Assembly (NCBI GenBank): GCA_964016885.1
Contig: OZ024745.1
Coordinates: 29,202,001 to 29,266,000 of the forward strand
DNA from: Eledone cirrhosa
Taxonomy: Eukaryota
Direction of reading: 5' to 3'
DNA: 64,000 nucleotides
Shown in pieces: positions 25,335 through 38,795 of the stretch. The position numbers and the translations under genes are program-made. The notes beneath the pieces were generated by a model, which saw nothing but the letters and a program-made list of their open reading frames with translations, was not told where the DNA came from and did no database searches. Position 1 is the stretch's first letter, and every line of letters begins with the position of its first letter.

Positions 25335-26510
25335 AAACCATCTCTTTGTCTTACCATCCATCTTCTTAACCATTCTATCTTACCATCTATCTCACTAACT
25401 ATTTGTCTCTCTAACCATCTGTCTATCTCACCATCCGTCTATTTAACCATCTGTCTATCTAACCATAATTCTATCTCACCATCTATCTATCTAACCATCT
25501 GTCTATTTAACCATCTATCTATTTAACCATCTGTCTATCTAACCATCTGTCTATCTAACCATCTGTCTATCTCACCATCTGTCTATCTAACCATCTATCT
25601 ATCTAACCATCTATGTGCAATCCCCAACTTTTTATTATTATATTATTCTTATTGTTATGCCTTTCTTCTTTACTCGCATTTATGTAAACTCCCCCCTGTG
25701 TATTTGTCCCTTTCTCTTGTGCCCCAGTGGCAAATAAATAAATATATCTATCTAACCATCTATCTCTCTAACCATCTGTCTATCTAACCATCTGTTTTTA
25801 TTACCATCTAATCGTCAGTCATTTAACGATCTATCTCACCATCTGTTTATTTAACCAACTGTCTATCCAACAATCTGTCTATCTAACCATCCCTCTATAT
25901 AACCATCTGTCCATCTAGCCATCTATCTAACCACCCACCAATCTAACCATCTGTCTATTTAACTATCTGCCTATCTAACCATACATCTATCTAACCATCT
26001 GTCTACCTCAACATCTGTCTCTCTCACCATCTGCCTATCTCACTATCTGTTTATCTAACCATCTGCCCATATAACTATCTATCTAACCATCTGACGATGT
26101 AATCATCTGTCTATCTAACCATCTGTCTATCTAACCACCTGTCTATATAACTATTTGTCAATCTAAACGTCTGTCTACCTGTCTGTCTCTCTAACCATCC
26201 ATCTATCTAACCATCTATCTGTCTAACCATCCGTCTATCTAGCCTTCTGTCTATCTAACCATCTGTCTATATAACCATCTGCCTATCTAACCATCTGTCT
26301 ATATAACCATCTAACTATCTGGCTATCTAACCATCTGTCTATATAATCATCTGCCTATCTAACCATCTGTCTATATAACCATCTGCCTATCTAACCATCT
26401 GTCTATATAACCATCTGCCTATCTAACCATCTTTCTGTCTAAACATCTGGCTATCTAATCATCCATCTATCTAACCATCTGTCTATATAACCCTATGTCT
26501 ATCTATTACC
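25335..26510. repeat. About 16-bp minisatellite (CTAACCATCTGTCTAT)n built from TCTA/TCTG units
   Basis: Read directly. Hosts two Tx1 3' ends. Confidence 0.92.
25615..25744 (+). mobile_element. 5'-truncated Tx1 3' UTR copy with about 19-bp target-site duplication
   Basis: Matches the reverse complement of 58612-58720. Flanked by TATCTATCTAACCATCTAT at 25596-25614 and 25745-25763. Confidence 0.75.
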
Positions 26511-26512
26511 CA

Positions 26513-26831
26513 CATCCACATTTACTGAAAGGTGGGTGAATGTGGCGAGAATGGCCCGAGTGATTGGGCCTTCTCTGTATATAAACCTGTAGGTTGAAGA
26601 AGAGAGCGAAAAGAAGAAATGAGCACTTGCACAACATGCTCCTGGAGTTGAGGGTTGTTCTATCTATGGGGTATAAAACAACCCATTTGTAACGCCTCCC
26701 CGCTATTGGGGATTTCGATTGTTATATTTTCACGTTAAAACTTTTTTTTACACTACTGTAAGTAAAATTCCCGCCATATGTCTTTGTATTGTCCCGTTTT
26801 CTTGTGCGCTCTTGTGGCAAATAAAGAAATA
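26513..26831 (+). mobile_element. 5'-truncated Tx1 copy (ORF2 end plus 3' UTR)
   Basis: FTERWVNVARMARVIGPSLYINL* versus FYERWVKVARMARVNGPSLYLSL*. Ends GGCAAATAAAGAAAT. Near-TSD TATCTATTA(A)CCCA. Confidence 0.82.
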
Positions 26832-27550
26832 TATCTATTAACCCATGACTGTGGCTAAAGGTCTTCAGCTTTCTTAGACCCTTTCTGTAGTTTCAATGTA
26901 TATATATGCACACTCACACAAATACACACATATATATATGTACACACACACACTCACACACATATATATATGTATATATATGCACACACACACTCACACA
27001 CACACACCCATATATATATATACATATATGTACACCTTGACAATAAATACTCTGTCTGTGTAACCATCTGCCTAATTATCTGTTTCCTTTCCTATTCACC
27101 TGTTCATATATATCAGCAGAAAGATGTAACAACACTTCAGCTACCCCTATCATCACCTCTCTGACTTGGTAGCCTTACTCCAATTCCCCCTCACACTCTT
27201 TATCCCTTCCAGGCAGATGCATCCTCTGCCATGACAAAATACATCTGTTGTATTCTGTAGTGTGTTGGAACTTATGTAAACAAGATGCAGCCTCCAGCCT
27301 GTTTGATGATGATGATGATTTCTATGTTCTTATAGTTTATTATTTGATGCAGTCTTGAACCATAATATGCTTTGTATATATATAATTATTTTTTTCCGTA
27401 GAGTGCTTCCAATCTACTGTAAAACTTATTCTTTGACATACTCATTGAATATTGTTTAACACTTTAATATATATATATATATATATATGTTATGTTGATT
27501 TAAAACTGCACTATCCACAAGTGTTTTTTAACCTTCATATCATGTCTTCC

Positions 27551-27621
27551 TGTTTTATCTGATGAAAACACAAATATTATTGCATGATGATATTTGTTTT
27601 TGAAATGCACATAATAAAATA
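27551..27621 (+). ncRNA. Hammerhead motif, diverged copy of the GCGC-loop family
   Basis: TGTTTTAT-CTGATGA-stem II-GAAA-T-GCAC-A-TA^-ATAAAATA, in a module of about 160 bp flanked by (TA)n on both sides. Confidence 0.72.
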
Positions 27622-27649
27622 CACGGAACTCTTTTAACCATCTTTTGTT

Positions 27650-27702
<53 letters not shown>

Positions 27703-27979
27703 TATATATATATATATATATATATACAATGGTATTAAATAAATGGAAACTATATTTATAAAACCATATTTATTTTATTATATATATTTCAAATATATAT
27801 AATAAAATAAATATGGTTTAATAAAATAAATATGGTTTTATAAATATAGTTTCCATTTATTTAATATCATTGAATATTTACTCCAGTAATCTGTTGAGTG
27901 TTCTACATATATATATGCTGGTTGTAGTTTGAAACCTTAGGTATCATGCATTGTGTTGAGATCATATAATATTCATATA

Positions 27980-28025
<46 letters not shown>

Positions 28026-28113
28026 TAGATGTATGCAAAAAGTAAATGGAAAACAAAGTAAACAATGCAGTACAATGAACATATATATTATTTTAATGCT
28101 TGAGTAGGAAAAG

Positions 28114-28152
28114 TGTCTTAACGTTTTGGACATTAGTCCTTCATCAGAAGAT
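28114..28152 (-). ncRNA. Degenerate hammerhead (GAAA mutated to AAAA; loopless palindromic stem III)
   Basis: TCTT-CTGATGA-A-GGAC taat GTCC-AAAA-CG-TT^-AAGA. Confidence 0.45.
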
Positions 28153-28771
28153 AGAATGAAAAATAAAAGAAGAAATAGAAAGATTGAGAAGAGGAATTCA
28201 GATGCATTCACTATATGTATGCATCTGTGTCTATATGTGCATCTATGTGTATATATGAGTGTATCTATCTATGTGTATATATACGTGTATCTATCTATAT
28301 GTGTAAAGCACTATCATTAAGTCATTTAAAAGAAAAAAAAGAATTGTTTTCCTACCTTTTCGGCACCCAGGTAATACTGGGTGTCACTACTAGTATAATT
28401 ATATATAGAACAAATATCTATTGAGGTTATCAAGGTAAAGTCTGCTGCTCATATTCACAAAGGTGTTGTGTTGTATTGGAATCAAGCCTGTAATCTTTCT
28501 GGCTATATATATATATGTGTGTGTATATGTATGTATACCCCACCCCTCACACACAACATACATACACACATATGTATGCAAAAAGTAAACAGAAATAACA
28601 AAACAAATGACACAGTACATTGAAGAAATATATCAGTTTTAAACTTGATATAGTAGGAAAAGAGTCTTAAATAGAATGAGAAATTAAAAACGAAATAGAA
28701 AGATAGAGAAGGGTGAGCAGGGACAGAAATGAAAAAAATGTCTGAGAAAAAGCAGGTCTGTTCATATTGCC

Positions 28772-28820
<49 letters not shown>

Positions 28821-28903
28821 GTTGATTCTGAGTTGAGTGAGGGATAGCCACAGTAAATAAGGTACTCAATACATGTGTAGAGTGATGACATGTTTATACA
28901 GAG

Positions 28904-28955
28904 GGCATTCCTGATGATCTCATACAAATGAAACAGTTCTAGTCTTGTAGAAGCC
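28904..28955 (+). ncRNA. Hammerhead-like motif with weak stem II
   Basis: GGCATTC-CTGATGA-TCTCATACAAAT-GAAA-CAG..TTG-TA^-GAAGCC. Relatives at 45654-45705 (-) and a partial one near 51204-51229. Confidence 0.45.
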
Positions 28956-28993
28956 TTTCCTATATAAATTTTCTTTCTCTCTCTTTCTACCCC

Positions 28994-29074
<81 letters not shown>

Positions 29075-29172
29075 TCTTCTTTGACCCCATTCAGTCATGA
29101 ATGACCATGGTTTTGCACCTAGAAAGTTTCCCTCCAAGGTACAAGCTGGGCAAGTTTTTTTGTGGAAGACTA

Positions 29173-29204
<32 letters not shown>

Positions 29205-29405
29205 CAAAGGAATTGTGGTAAGGAACCAGATGGACCATAACGCACCAGAGTACTCAATACTTAGGGTAGTAGAGTGGGAAATAGGCAAAAGTATGACCCC
29301 CGACGGCAGAGCTCAAGCCGTTTCGACAGCTATTTCTCGACTATTTCTAGTTCAGAAATAGCCATCGAAACGGCTTGAGCTCTGCCGTCGGGGTCACACG
29401 TTTCC

Positions 29406-29446
<41 letters not shown>

Positions 29447-29518
29447 TAAGTTAAAATATATATATATATATACAATTAAGTTAAAATGAAACGAAATTTA
29501 ATTTCGTTTCGTTATTTG

Positions 29519-29559
<41 letters not shown>

Positions 29560-30301
29560 ATATATATATATATGTGTGTGTGTGTTTGTGTGTATGTGTG
29601 TGTGAATGTTTTAGAAATGTAGAGAATCTCAAATGCAGGAAAATAGCCATGAACACAGCTTTAGAAAATTGGGTAAAATACTCCTATAGACAGAAAAAGT
29701 CACCAGCAGCCACTACAGAGAATCAAAGTCTGCACCTCACAAATTACAGCAGAGTTTGATTCTCTGTAACAGCTCCTGGGCCACTTTTTCCATCAATAGG
29801 GTTATTTTACCCGATTCTCTACAGCTGTATTCACAGCTATTTCCCCAAATTCGGGATTTCTACATTTCTAAAACATTTCTACTCACTCGATATTCAATGT
29901 TTAGTTACAAAATATATCTATTTAAGGCAGTGAAATGTCAGAGTTGTCAGAACGTTGGATAACATTCTTTGAGGTATTCCAGCTCTCTACTCTCTAAGTT
30001 CAAATCCTGCTGAGATCAATTTTGCCTTTCATCCTTTTGAAGTTGATAAAAAAAGTACCGGGAGGTACTGGGAGGTCTATTCTATCTCTATATCACTTTC
30101 TCACTTTCTCTCCTTCTCTGAAATCTGATATGTTCAAACTGGGAGAGGGATGGGCTCCATCAAGCTTAAAATGCTCAAGAAACAGCGTATGCCTCTATGG
30201 CAGCCCTACAACTCAATCAGCAGTTACAGGATCATACGATAGAAGAACATATATATTTATATATGCATGTTTGAGAGGGTTTATGTAGGTTTGTTCTTGA
30301 T

Positions 30302-30351
<50 letters not shown>

Positions 30352-31929
30352 TTTCTGTATTTGTGTTTATGCTTATTATTTGTTTACATTCTGTATTTTA
30401 GTAAGGTGATTAATTTGATTGATAAAACAAGTATCAGAAAGCAATGCCACAGCATGGCCATGGTCTAATGACTGAAATCAGTGAAAGAGTATATGTTAGT
30501 TTATATTTCTATGTACATGAACCAAATCGGACATGCCCCACTAACTCCACATATGATTGACACAATTGACTGAACTTATTTTCATTAATTATTCAACTTC
30601 TCACAAGTAGAACCAGTGTTTTAATTAAAATATCTAATAATCATATGACCACCACCACCGTCATCACTGTTTTATGTCTGCTCTTTATTCTGGTATAGGT
30701 TGGATAGGTTATCACAGTCCAAGATTAGACTGGTCAGAGAACCAGCTTTTTCTCATACATTTCATGATATGTGGTATGATTTCTACAGCTGGATGTTTTT
30801 TCTAATGCCAACCACTTTATGGATTGTATTAGGTGTTTTTTATCATGACACCAGCACTACCCCTTCATAGAGTGTACTGGGTGTATTTTATCACGATACC
30901 AGCATTGCCACTTTACAGAGTGTATTGGGTGTATTTTATCATAATACCAGCATTACAGTGTACTGGGTGCATATTATCATGTACGAGCACTACCAATTTA
31001 CAGAGTGTACTGGGTGCATTTTATAGTGGCTCCAGCACTAATACTTATTTTGGAAATTATTTGAAAACCATAGGCAATATCTTTCATTATAAATGTTGTA
31101 ATGAAAGGGTAAAGAAATATATGTTTGATCCAAACTAAAACAGATTTTACCTTATCAAATGAAAATGCTGAAATTGATATTACACAGAAGAATATACCGG
31201 AAGCCTTATTAAAAATATATTAGCTGACTTTCCGTCAGCTAGATTGGATTTTCATGTAATTAGTAAGTAACACCTGACAATGTAATATTATTGATGTAAT
31301 TAAATAAACACTAATGATTGATTGAAAATATATTAATCAGGGAGTCATCATTTTCCCACGATTACATAGGCTGGACAAATGCTAGAACTTATCCTGGTTT
31401 CATAAGGCATTAAGTGACTGAGATTATGAGACTCTCATCTGGATGGGACACCAGTTTGTCGCCCACTTCACAGCATTCTATTTCTCTTTAGGGACCACTG
31501 ACCACTGATTTCTATCCTTGGGGTGCTTTTGCCTGACACGAAAGCTGTTGTCATTGACAACATTCAGCTGCTATAACAGCTGTTCCTTGCATTTGAGTTT
31601 TCAAATTATTTCTACAAAATTCAAGAAAACAATGTTTCTACTTATCTTTCCATTGTTGATACTATCTGCTGGTTGCCTGGCATAAAGAACAATGTAAAAT
31701 AAAGTATTTTGCTGAAGAACACAATGCACCAGCTGGTCCAGGAATCGACCACATGACCTTATGATTGTGATCCTAACACCTTAACCACTAGGCGAGGCTA
31801 GGTAACAGCACTAAACATATTGGTAGTTATCTATAATAAATTTGTCACTGTTGTGTATCTCTGATGAATCAGATTGGCTCTGACTGACGTTTGACCATAT
31901 GTCAGTTTGGTAATAATAAATGGAAAAAA

Positions 31930-32322
31930 ACAATGATAGTGATGATGATGAGGATAATGATGATGATAGTGATTACGGTAATGATGATGGTGATGATAGT
32001 GGTGGGGTGGGGATGATGGAGTTAATGATGATAATAATGCTGCTTGATAGTGATGATAATGATGATGAGAATGGTGACAATGACAATGATAATCATGATC
32101 ATATCGATGACCATGTGACCATCATGATGATGGTGGTGGTGGTGTTGATGATGAAGATAATGATGATAAAGATGATGATGATGATGATGATGAAGATAAT
32201 GATGATGACCACAATAATGACAATGGTGTTGATGATGAAGATGACAATGATGATAATCATAATCATGACGATGGCCATCATGATGATGACTATATTGATG
32301 ATAATGATGATGAGGTTGGTGA
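31930..32322. repeat. (GAT)n-type trinucleotide repeat
   Basis: Read directly. Confidence 0.92.
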
Positions 32323-32719
32323 TAAATTGTCCGGTAGAAAGAACAGTGATTTTCCATCCAAGTGATTAGATGTGACTATCTGTAAGTTATCTAATTCCAC
32401 AAAACACAGCTGGGAGATCTGGAACTTAAATTCAATCCAATACTGGCCTTAAGAACTATTGATTTATCTAACATTATAATTAATTGCAAACATTAACGAA
32501 AGGAATTTATAATGAGCTAAAGTAACTGACTAATAAGTTTTTTTTTTCTTTGTTGTTTCTGATCTGTGTGTTTTGAGAATAGTTGCATTGTCTGAGATTG
32601 TGATCAATCTAAATTAAGACCTAGTTCTCTCTTAGATTGTGATCAACCTCAAGTAAGACCAGACACAGCTGAGGAAAATATAAATTAATTTACAATTGAT
32701 ATTTAGTGAAGAAAATAGG

Positions 32720-33155
32720 AAAAGAGAAGAGCTACCAATTAGATTGGACCAAGGAAACAATATTTCCATTGCTTTTTCCATTGCTGATACTATCTGCCTG
32801 TAACAACTCCTGGCAGATCATTAATCAGACCAAGGAAACAATTCTGTCATTGGTCTTCCCATTACTGATACTACTCCTGGCAGAAGAAAGGAGCTGATCA
32901 TCAGATCTGATCAAGGAAACAATGTTTCCATTGGTCTTTCCATTGTAGACACTATCAGTCAGTTACATCCATTGGTAGAAGAAAAGGGTCGATCAACAGA
33001 TTAGACTAAGGAAACAATGTTTCTATTGGTCATTCCATTGCAGATACTAACTGTTGGTCACATATCCTGCCAGAAGAAAAAAGCTGATCATCAGGTTGGA
33101 CCAAGGAAACTATATTTCCATTAGTCTTTTCACTGATGATACTCTTGGCAGAAGG
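32720..33155. repeat. Degenerate tandem repeat of about 80-100 bp
   Basis: About five copies of CAAGGAAACAATGTTTCCATTGGTCTTTCCATTG..GATACT. Another partial copy near 31625-31680. Confidence 0.7.
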
Positions 33156-33464
33156 AGGTGGGATTTGAACTTAGAAAGCACAAAGACAGATGAGATACTG
33201 CAAAGCACCCTGTTCAACTTTTTAACAATTCCGCCCATCCCCTGCCTTGAACTGGTACTTTATTAACCCTGAAAGGTTAAAAGGAAAGTTGAGCTCAGCA
33301 GGATTTGAACTCAACACAGAGAGTTGAAACAAGTACTGTGATCTTTAATATGAAACTCTAACAACTCTGCCAAGTTGATGTCTTTTTAAGGAATCTATGA
33401 ACATGGTTTTGTTTTTTGAGGTAGAAGAATGTCACAGCTCTTACTTCTGAAACTGTAGTACCAT

Positions 33465-34089
33465 TGGTGGTGGTAGTGATGTGATGGTGGTGTGGTTGTG
33501 GTGGTGGTGAGTGGTGGTGTAGTGGTGGTGTAGTGGTGATGTGGTGACTGTGTGGTGGTTGTGGTGGTGTGGTGATGGTGTGGTTGTGTGATGGGGTTGA
33601 TGGTTGTAGTTTTTTGTGTGGTAGTGGTGATGGTGGTGGTGTGGTGGTGGTGGTGGTGTGTTGGAGTAGTGGTGGTGATGAAGGTGGTGGTGGTGTGGTG
33701 GTTGTAGTGGTTGAGTAGTGGTGGTGGTGATGGTGTAGCATTATGAAGGTCTTTATTGAAATTATTGTGTTTATATTGGTTACAGCATTGTAGTAACTGT
33801 AGGGAGAATGGTGAGAGGTGGTGGAAAGAGAGGGAGAGAGAAGAAGAGAGAAAAAACAGACACACAGAGAGAAGCAACGATAGAGAGAGGCAAAGAGTGA
33901 GAAAGACAAAGAGAAATGGAGAGGCATAATGAGAGAGAAACAAAGAGAAAGAAAGAGAGATAGTGGGGAGGGAGAGAAGACTGCAAAGAGCTTGTTTATC
34001 CAGATATATCTTGTGGTCTCTACTTGATGTTCAGCCATAATTAGACATGGCTTCGTTAACATCGTTAAACATATTGTTATTATTGAAGT

Positions 34090-34168
<79 letters not shown>

Positions 34169-34190
34169 CAATAAAGAGAGTGAGAGAGAG
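33465..34190. repeat. (GGT)n tract followed by (GA)n tracts
   Basis: Read directly. Confidence 0.9.
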
Positions 34191-34535
34191 TGTGTCTCTA
34201 TACTATTACCGAATCTGCTAGATATAACAGCCAATTCTCCCACAAATCTTAACACTGCCACCTGAAAAAAATTATGACTATACTGACAATTTTGTCCTAC
34301 AATTAGACTGACATGGGATGGTCATGTTTGGAGCACATTTCATCATAATTCTTCTCAATCAGGACTAAAATCAATATTACAATTTTATTCAGCCAATGAG
34401 GAAACATCTATATGATCATTGCGTTGATAGAAATAGTTGTAAAATCTCCCTCAAACTACACACTACCATCCTACCAAAAAGAGGGCATATTGCATAAGCT
34501 AGTCATCATCATCATCATTATTTTATGTCTACCTT

Positions 34536-34724
34536 GGCAGTGGATTGAAAGTATTTTTAAATGGTCAGACACCATGCTTTGTAGCATAGAGTTATGGCCC
34601 TTTATGATCTGAGTTCACATCCCGCCGAGGTTAACTTTGCCTTTCATCCTTATGGGAGTCGATAAAATAAAGTACCAGTAATACACTGGGATAATTGCTG
34701 GCCTTGTGCCAAAAGTAGAAACAA
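34536..34724 (+). mobile_element. SINE family A with about 19-bp TSD
   Basis: ATTATTTTATGTCTACCTT on both sides. Confidence 0.85.
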
Positions 34725-34864
34725 TTATTTTATGTCTACCTTCCACACTGGCATGGTTTGGACCTGTTGTCACAGTCCAAGACAAGACAGGCCCTATAAA
34801 CATGTCTTGTCTATATGTTCCCTATTTAGCAAGGTTTCTATAGCTGGTTGCCCTTCCTATCACC

Positions 34865-35525
34865 AACCACTTTACAGTATGTACTGGGTACATTTTATTG
34901 TGGAACTAACACAACTACCTTACAGAGTCTACTGGGTATATTTTATTGTGGCACCAGAACTACTATTTTACAGAGTGTACTTGATACATTTTATCATGAC
35001 CCAAAACTACCAGTTTACAGAATGTACTTGGTACAGTTTATTGTGGAACCAATACTACCACTTTACAAAGTGTAATAGGTGAATCTTATTGTAGAACCAA
35101 TGCTAACATTTTACAGAGTGTATTTAGTACATTATATTATGGGACCAGCAATAATTATTTCTACTTCAGGCACAAGGCCAGCAATTACCCAGTACATTAC
35201 TGGTACTTTATTTTATCGACCCCGTAAGGACGAAAGGCAAAGTTAACCTCGGCGGGATTTGAACTCAGACTGTAAAGGGACATAACTATGCTAGAAAGCA
35301 TGGCGTCCGACTCTACCGATACTGCCAAAATACTTTACAGAGTGTACTGGGTACAGTTTATTATAGCACCAACACTGCTGCTTTACAGAGTGTGCTTGGT
35401 ACATTGTATTGTGGAACCAATACTACCACTTTACCAAGTGTACTAGGTACATTTTATTGTGCCACCAACACTGCTACATTGAAGAGTGTACTGGGTATAT
35501 TTTATCATGGCACTAGCACTAATAC
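34865..35525. repeat. About 44-bp minisatellite derived from the RTE-type 3' UTR
   Basis: Unit CCACTTTACAGAGTGTACTGGGTACATTTTATTGTGGAACCAATACTA. Shorter array at about 30810-31040. Confidence 0.8.
35152..35327 (-). mobile_element. SINE family A inserted in a minisatellite
   Basis: Near-full reverse-complement copy interrupting the about 44-bp array. Confidence 0.8.
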
Positions 35526-35684
35526 TTAGTTGGTGTAATTTAGAAACACAAATGGGAAGGTTATTTATGGAACATCTTATGTGATAGGTCAGCTTGATAA
35601 AAACTGACATATCACATAAGAATAACAACATTAGTTTGTGATAGAACTTTAAATATAATATGGTTTTTATATTATTATATAAAT

Positions 35685-36385
35685 TGTGAAGACACATGGC
35701 TTAGTGGTTAGAGCATTGGGCTTACAATCGTGAGGTTGTGAGTTTGATTCTTGGACTGGGTAATGCATTGTGTTCTTGAGTAAGACACTTTATTGCATGA
35801 TGCTCCAGTTCACTGAGCTGTAGAAATGAGTTGCAACGTTACAGGTGCCAAGCTGTATTAGCCAACATCGGTGGTGTGGAGAGGGGAGATTGGTAAGCAT
35901 GGGAAACCACTGGTCTTTCACAAACAACCTTGCCTGAACTTGTGCCTGGGAAGGGAACTTTCTAGGTGCAAACCCCATGGTCATTAATGACTGAAGGGGG
36001 TCTTTACCCCTACCTTTTATATATTATGCTAGTGTGGAAGATGGACGTTAAACGAAGATGATGATGTGAAGGCACATGGCTTAGTGGTTAAGGTGTTTAG
36101 CTCAAGATCATAAGATTGTGTGTTCAATTCCTTGTGGCACATTGTGTCCTTGAGCAAGACATTTTATCTCATGTTCTCAAGTCCATTCAGCTAGAAAAAA
36201 ATTAATTGTACTTGTAATTAAAAGGGCCAGCCTTTTTGCAAACTCTATCATGCTGAATCTCCCTGAAAAACTCTTTGAAAAAAACGTGTACATGTCTGTG
36301 GAATACTCAACCACTTGTGCGTGAATTTCACAAGCTTGTTCCATTGGTTGAAAGACTGGAACACTCATTGTTGGAATCAACAAAG
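35685..36385 (+). mobile_element. Two adjacent CORE-like SINEs with different 3' halves
   Basis: Heads (G/A)CACATGGCTTAGTGGTTA near 35691 and 36071. Related minus-strand copies at about 3780-4085, 5650-5925, 6430-6530, 7300-7615 and 31690-31790. Confidence 0.75.
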
Positions 36386-36389
36386 GTCT

Positions 36390-36432
<43 letters not shown>

Positions 36433-36497
36433 CAAGCAGGATACCTTTCAGGGTAATTTAAATTATGGTTCACTGGTGTCTGACATAGGATATTGAT

Positions 36498-36768
36498 CTC
36501 AACAACATCATCAACATCAACATCAACAATATCAACAACAACAACATCATCACCACAACAACAACATTAACATCATCAACATCATCCACAACAACAACAA
36601 CATCGGCAACAACTACATCAACATCAGCATCATCAACAACAACATCAACAACAACAACATCGGCAACAACATCAACATCAAAAACAACATAAAAAACAGC
36701 ATCATCAACAACATCAAAAACAACAATAACGACGGCAACATCAACATCAACAACAACATCAATAAACA
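36498..36768. repeat. (CAA/CAT)n trinucleotide repeat
   Basis: Read directly. Confidence 0.9.
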
Positions 36769-38749
36769 AAATATGATTCCAAAATGTCAAGAACGCTACC
36801 ATATCCATTATGGGAGAGAAGAATCCTGTAAGAAAATGGTGTTTATAATAGAAGTACTTTGGTTTCAAGTGAATTACTTAATTTCCAAGATTAAGTTTCT
36901 GGAATCAAAACTTTAAAAGGCTGCTGATGTTTGCTTGTCAAACAAATTGCTTTCAAATGCAAAGTGGTATTATTATATCTGATCTGGAATATCATCATCA
37001 TCATCATCATCATCGTTTAATGTCCACTTTCCTTGCTAGCATGGGTTAGACGGGTTGTCCCATTTGAGGCAATTGGGTCAAGTGACTGTGTCTTGCTCAT
37101 ATGGAACTGCTTCTGGCTAGATTTCTACTGCTGGATGCCCTTCCTAACACCAACCATATTTACAGTGTGTGCTGGGTGCTTTTTGTCATGACACCTACAC
37201 ACCCATTTTACAATGAGGGTTGGGAGAAGGGTGTGTGTGGATTAGGGAGGTAGGTATATGAGTGTGTGTAAGGGGTGGAGTGTTAGGATGTGGGAGGTGT
37301 ATGGAAGGGGGATGAGGGTGAAAGTGGTGCATACCAGATGATGGTGATGGTAATGGTGATGATGTTGGTGATGACAGCAATGGGAGTGATGATAGTTATG
37401 ATCAATGACATTATCAAAACATTATTAACTGCGGAGTGGTGTCTCCTTAGTTCACCCAGTTGTTTATAAAACTCAGCATGTTACATTCTGCTATTTTGCT
37501 GTTCACCAATAAATTCAAAATAAGTCATGTTTTCTCTCCAAGATAGGAAATGTTCTCTTAACTGCTTTACACTTGTGTAAACATTACTTAGTAATTCAAT
37601 GGCGTTGTTATGATAAATGTTGCCCACTTGTTCAATAATATTTTGTTCTAGTTGTTGCTGACAAGAATCTCATAGGATTTATTTCTATTTTAGAAACAGA
37701 ATTATTTCAAATATGTCTTCATTGTCATCTCCGATAATTTCATTTAACCCTTTTGATATGAAACTGCTTGAAACTGTGCCTGGTTCTATGATACAAAACT
37801 GCAATTTTATGTGAGAATCTTTGTTAAATTATGTTCCAAACACAAGTTAAATAATGGTTTCTAATTTAGGCACAGGGCCAGCAATTATGCGCGTGCGTGT
37901 GTGTGTGTATATGTACATGTAAATAAGACTATTATTGCTCCAATCAGTTGACAAACATTTAGCAAACACTCTAAATGAATGCTAACCTGTAATCATGACT
38001 CCTGCCAAACCAAACCGTATGCACCCTCCAAATTCAGTGAATCAAATGTAGATCACCCATCTTCCCAAACACGGCATACATAACCAGACCACAACAACAA
38101 CCAAATGGGGAAGACAAATGTTATATATATATTCTAGCATTAAATATGTATATTTATATACACTTTGGTGCAGTGCTATTACCCACTCAGTATGTTTACA
38201 GATATAACTTTTTTTCTTTGATTATGGTTGAGTGCTCCATATTGGTGACTGCTATATTGAGTATTACTGCAAACCCCAACTAGTCAGCCACTGCTGCTGT
38301 CATTTACTGCAGTTAATGCCACATATGGGATACGGGCACTGACTTGAAAATTTAGTAGTAAGGTTGATTCTTGGAAATCCATTATAGGACTGCTGGCTGA
38401 TAATGATTCTATTGTCTGGAATATGCTGGTTATGGATTTATTATTAATCAATGACCAGTAGATTCTCCATAGAATTTGAAACAGTACTGTACCAGCTTAG
38501 ATATGGATTTTGTACTCTGGCAGATTTGTGTGTGCTTAACTGGGAGGATACTGGCTGTTTAAATTGATGAAATTATGAGTGCTTAAATTTTTTCATATGT
38601 TAATTTGTTGATACAATAATTAACTCTTCATAGCTTAGGCTTCTAGCTGGGAATGTTGTATTACAATTAATCCAATGCATGTGCTCCAAATAGATTTGTT
38701 GAGCTAATTGTAAACGAGATTGAAATTATTGGATATTGATATAAACCCT

Positions 38750-38795
<46 letters not shown>

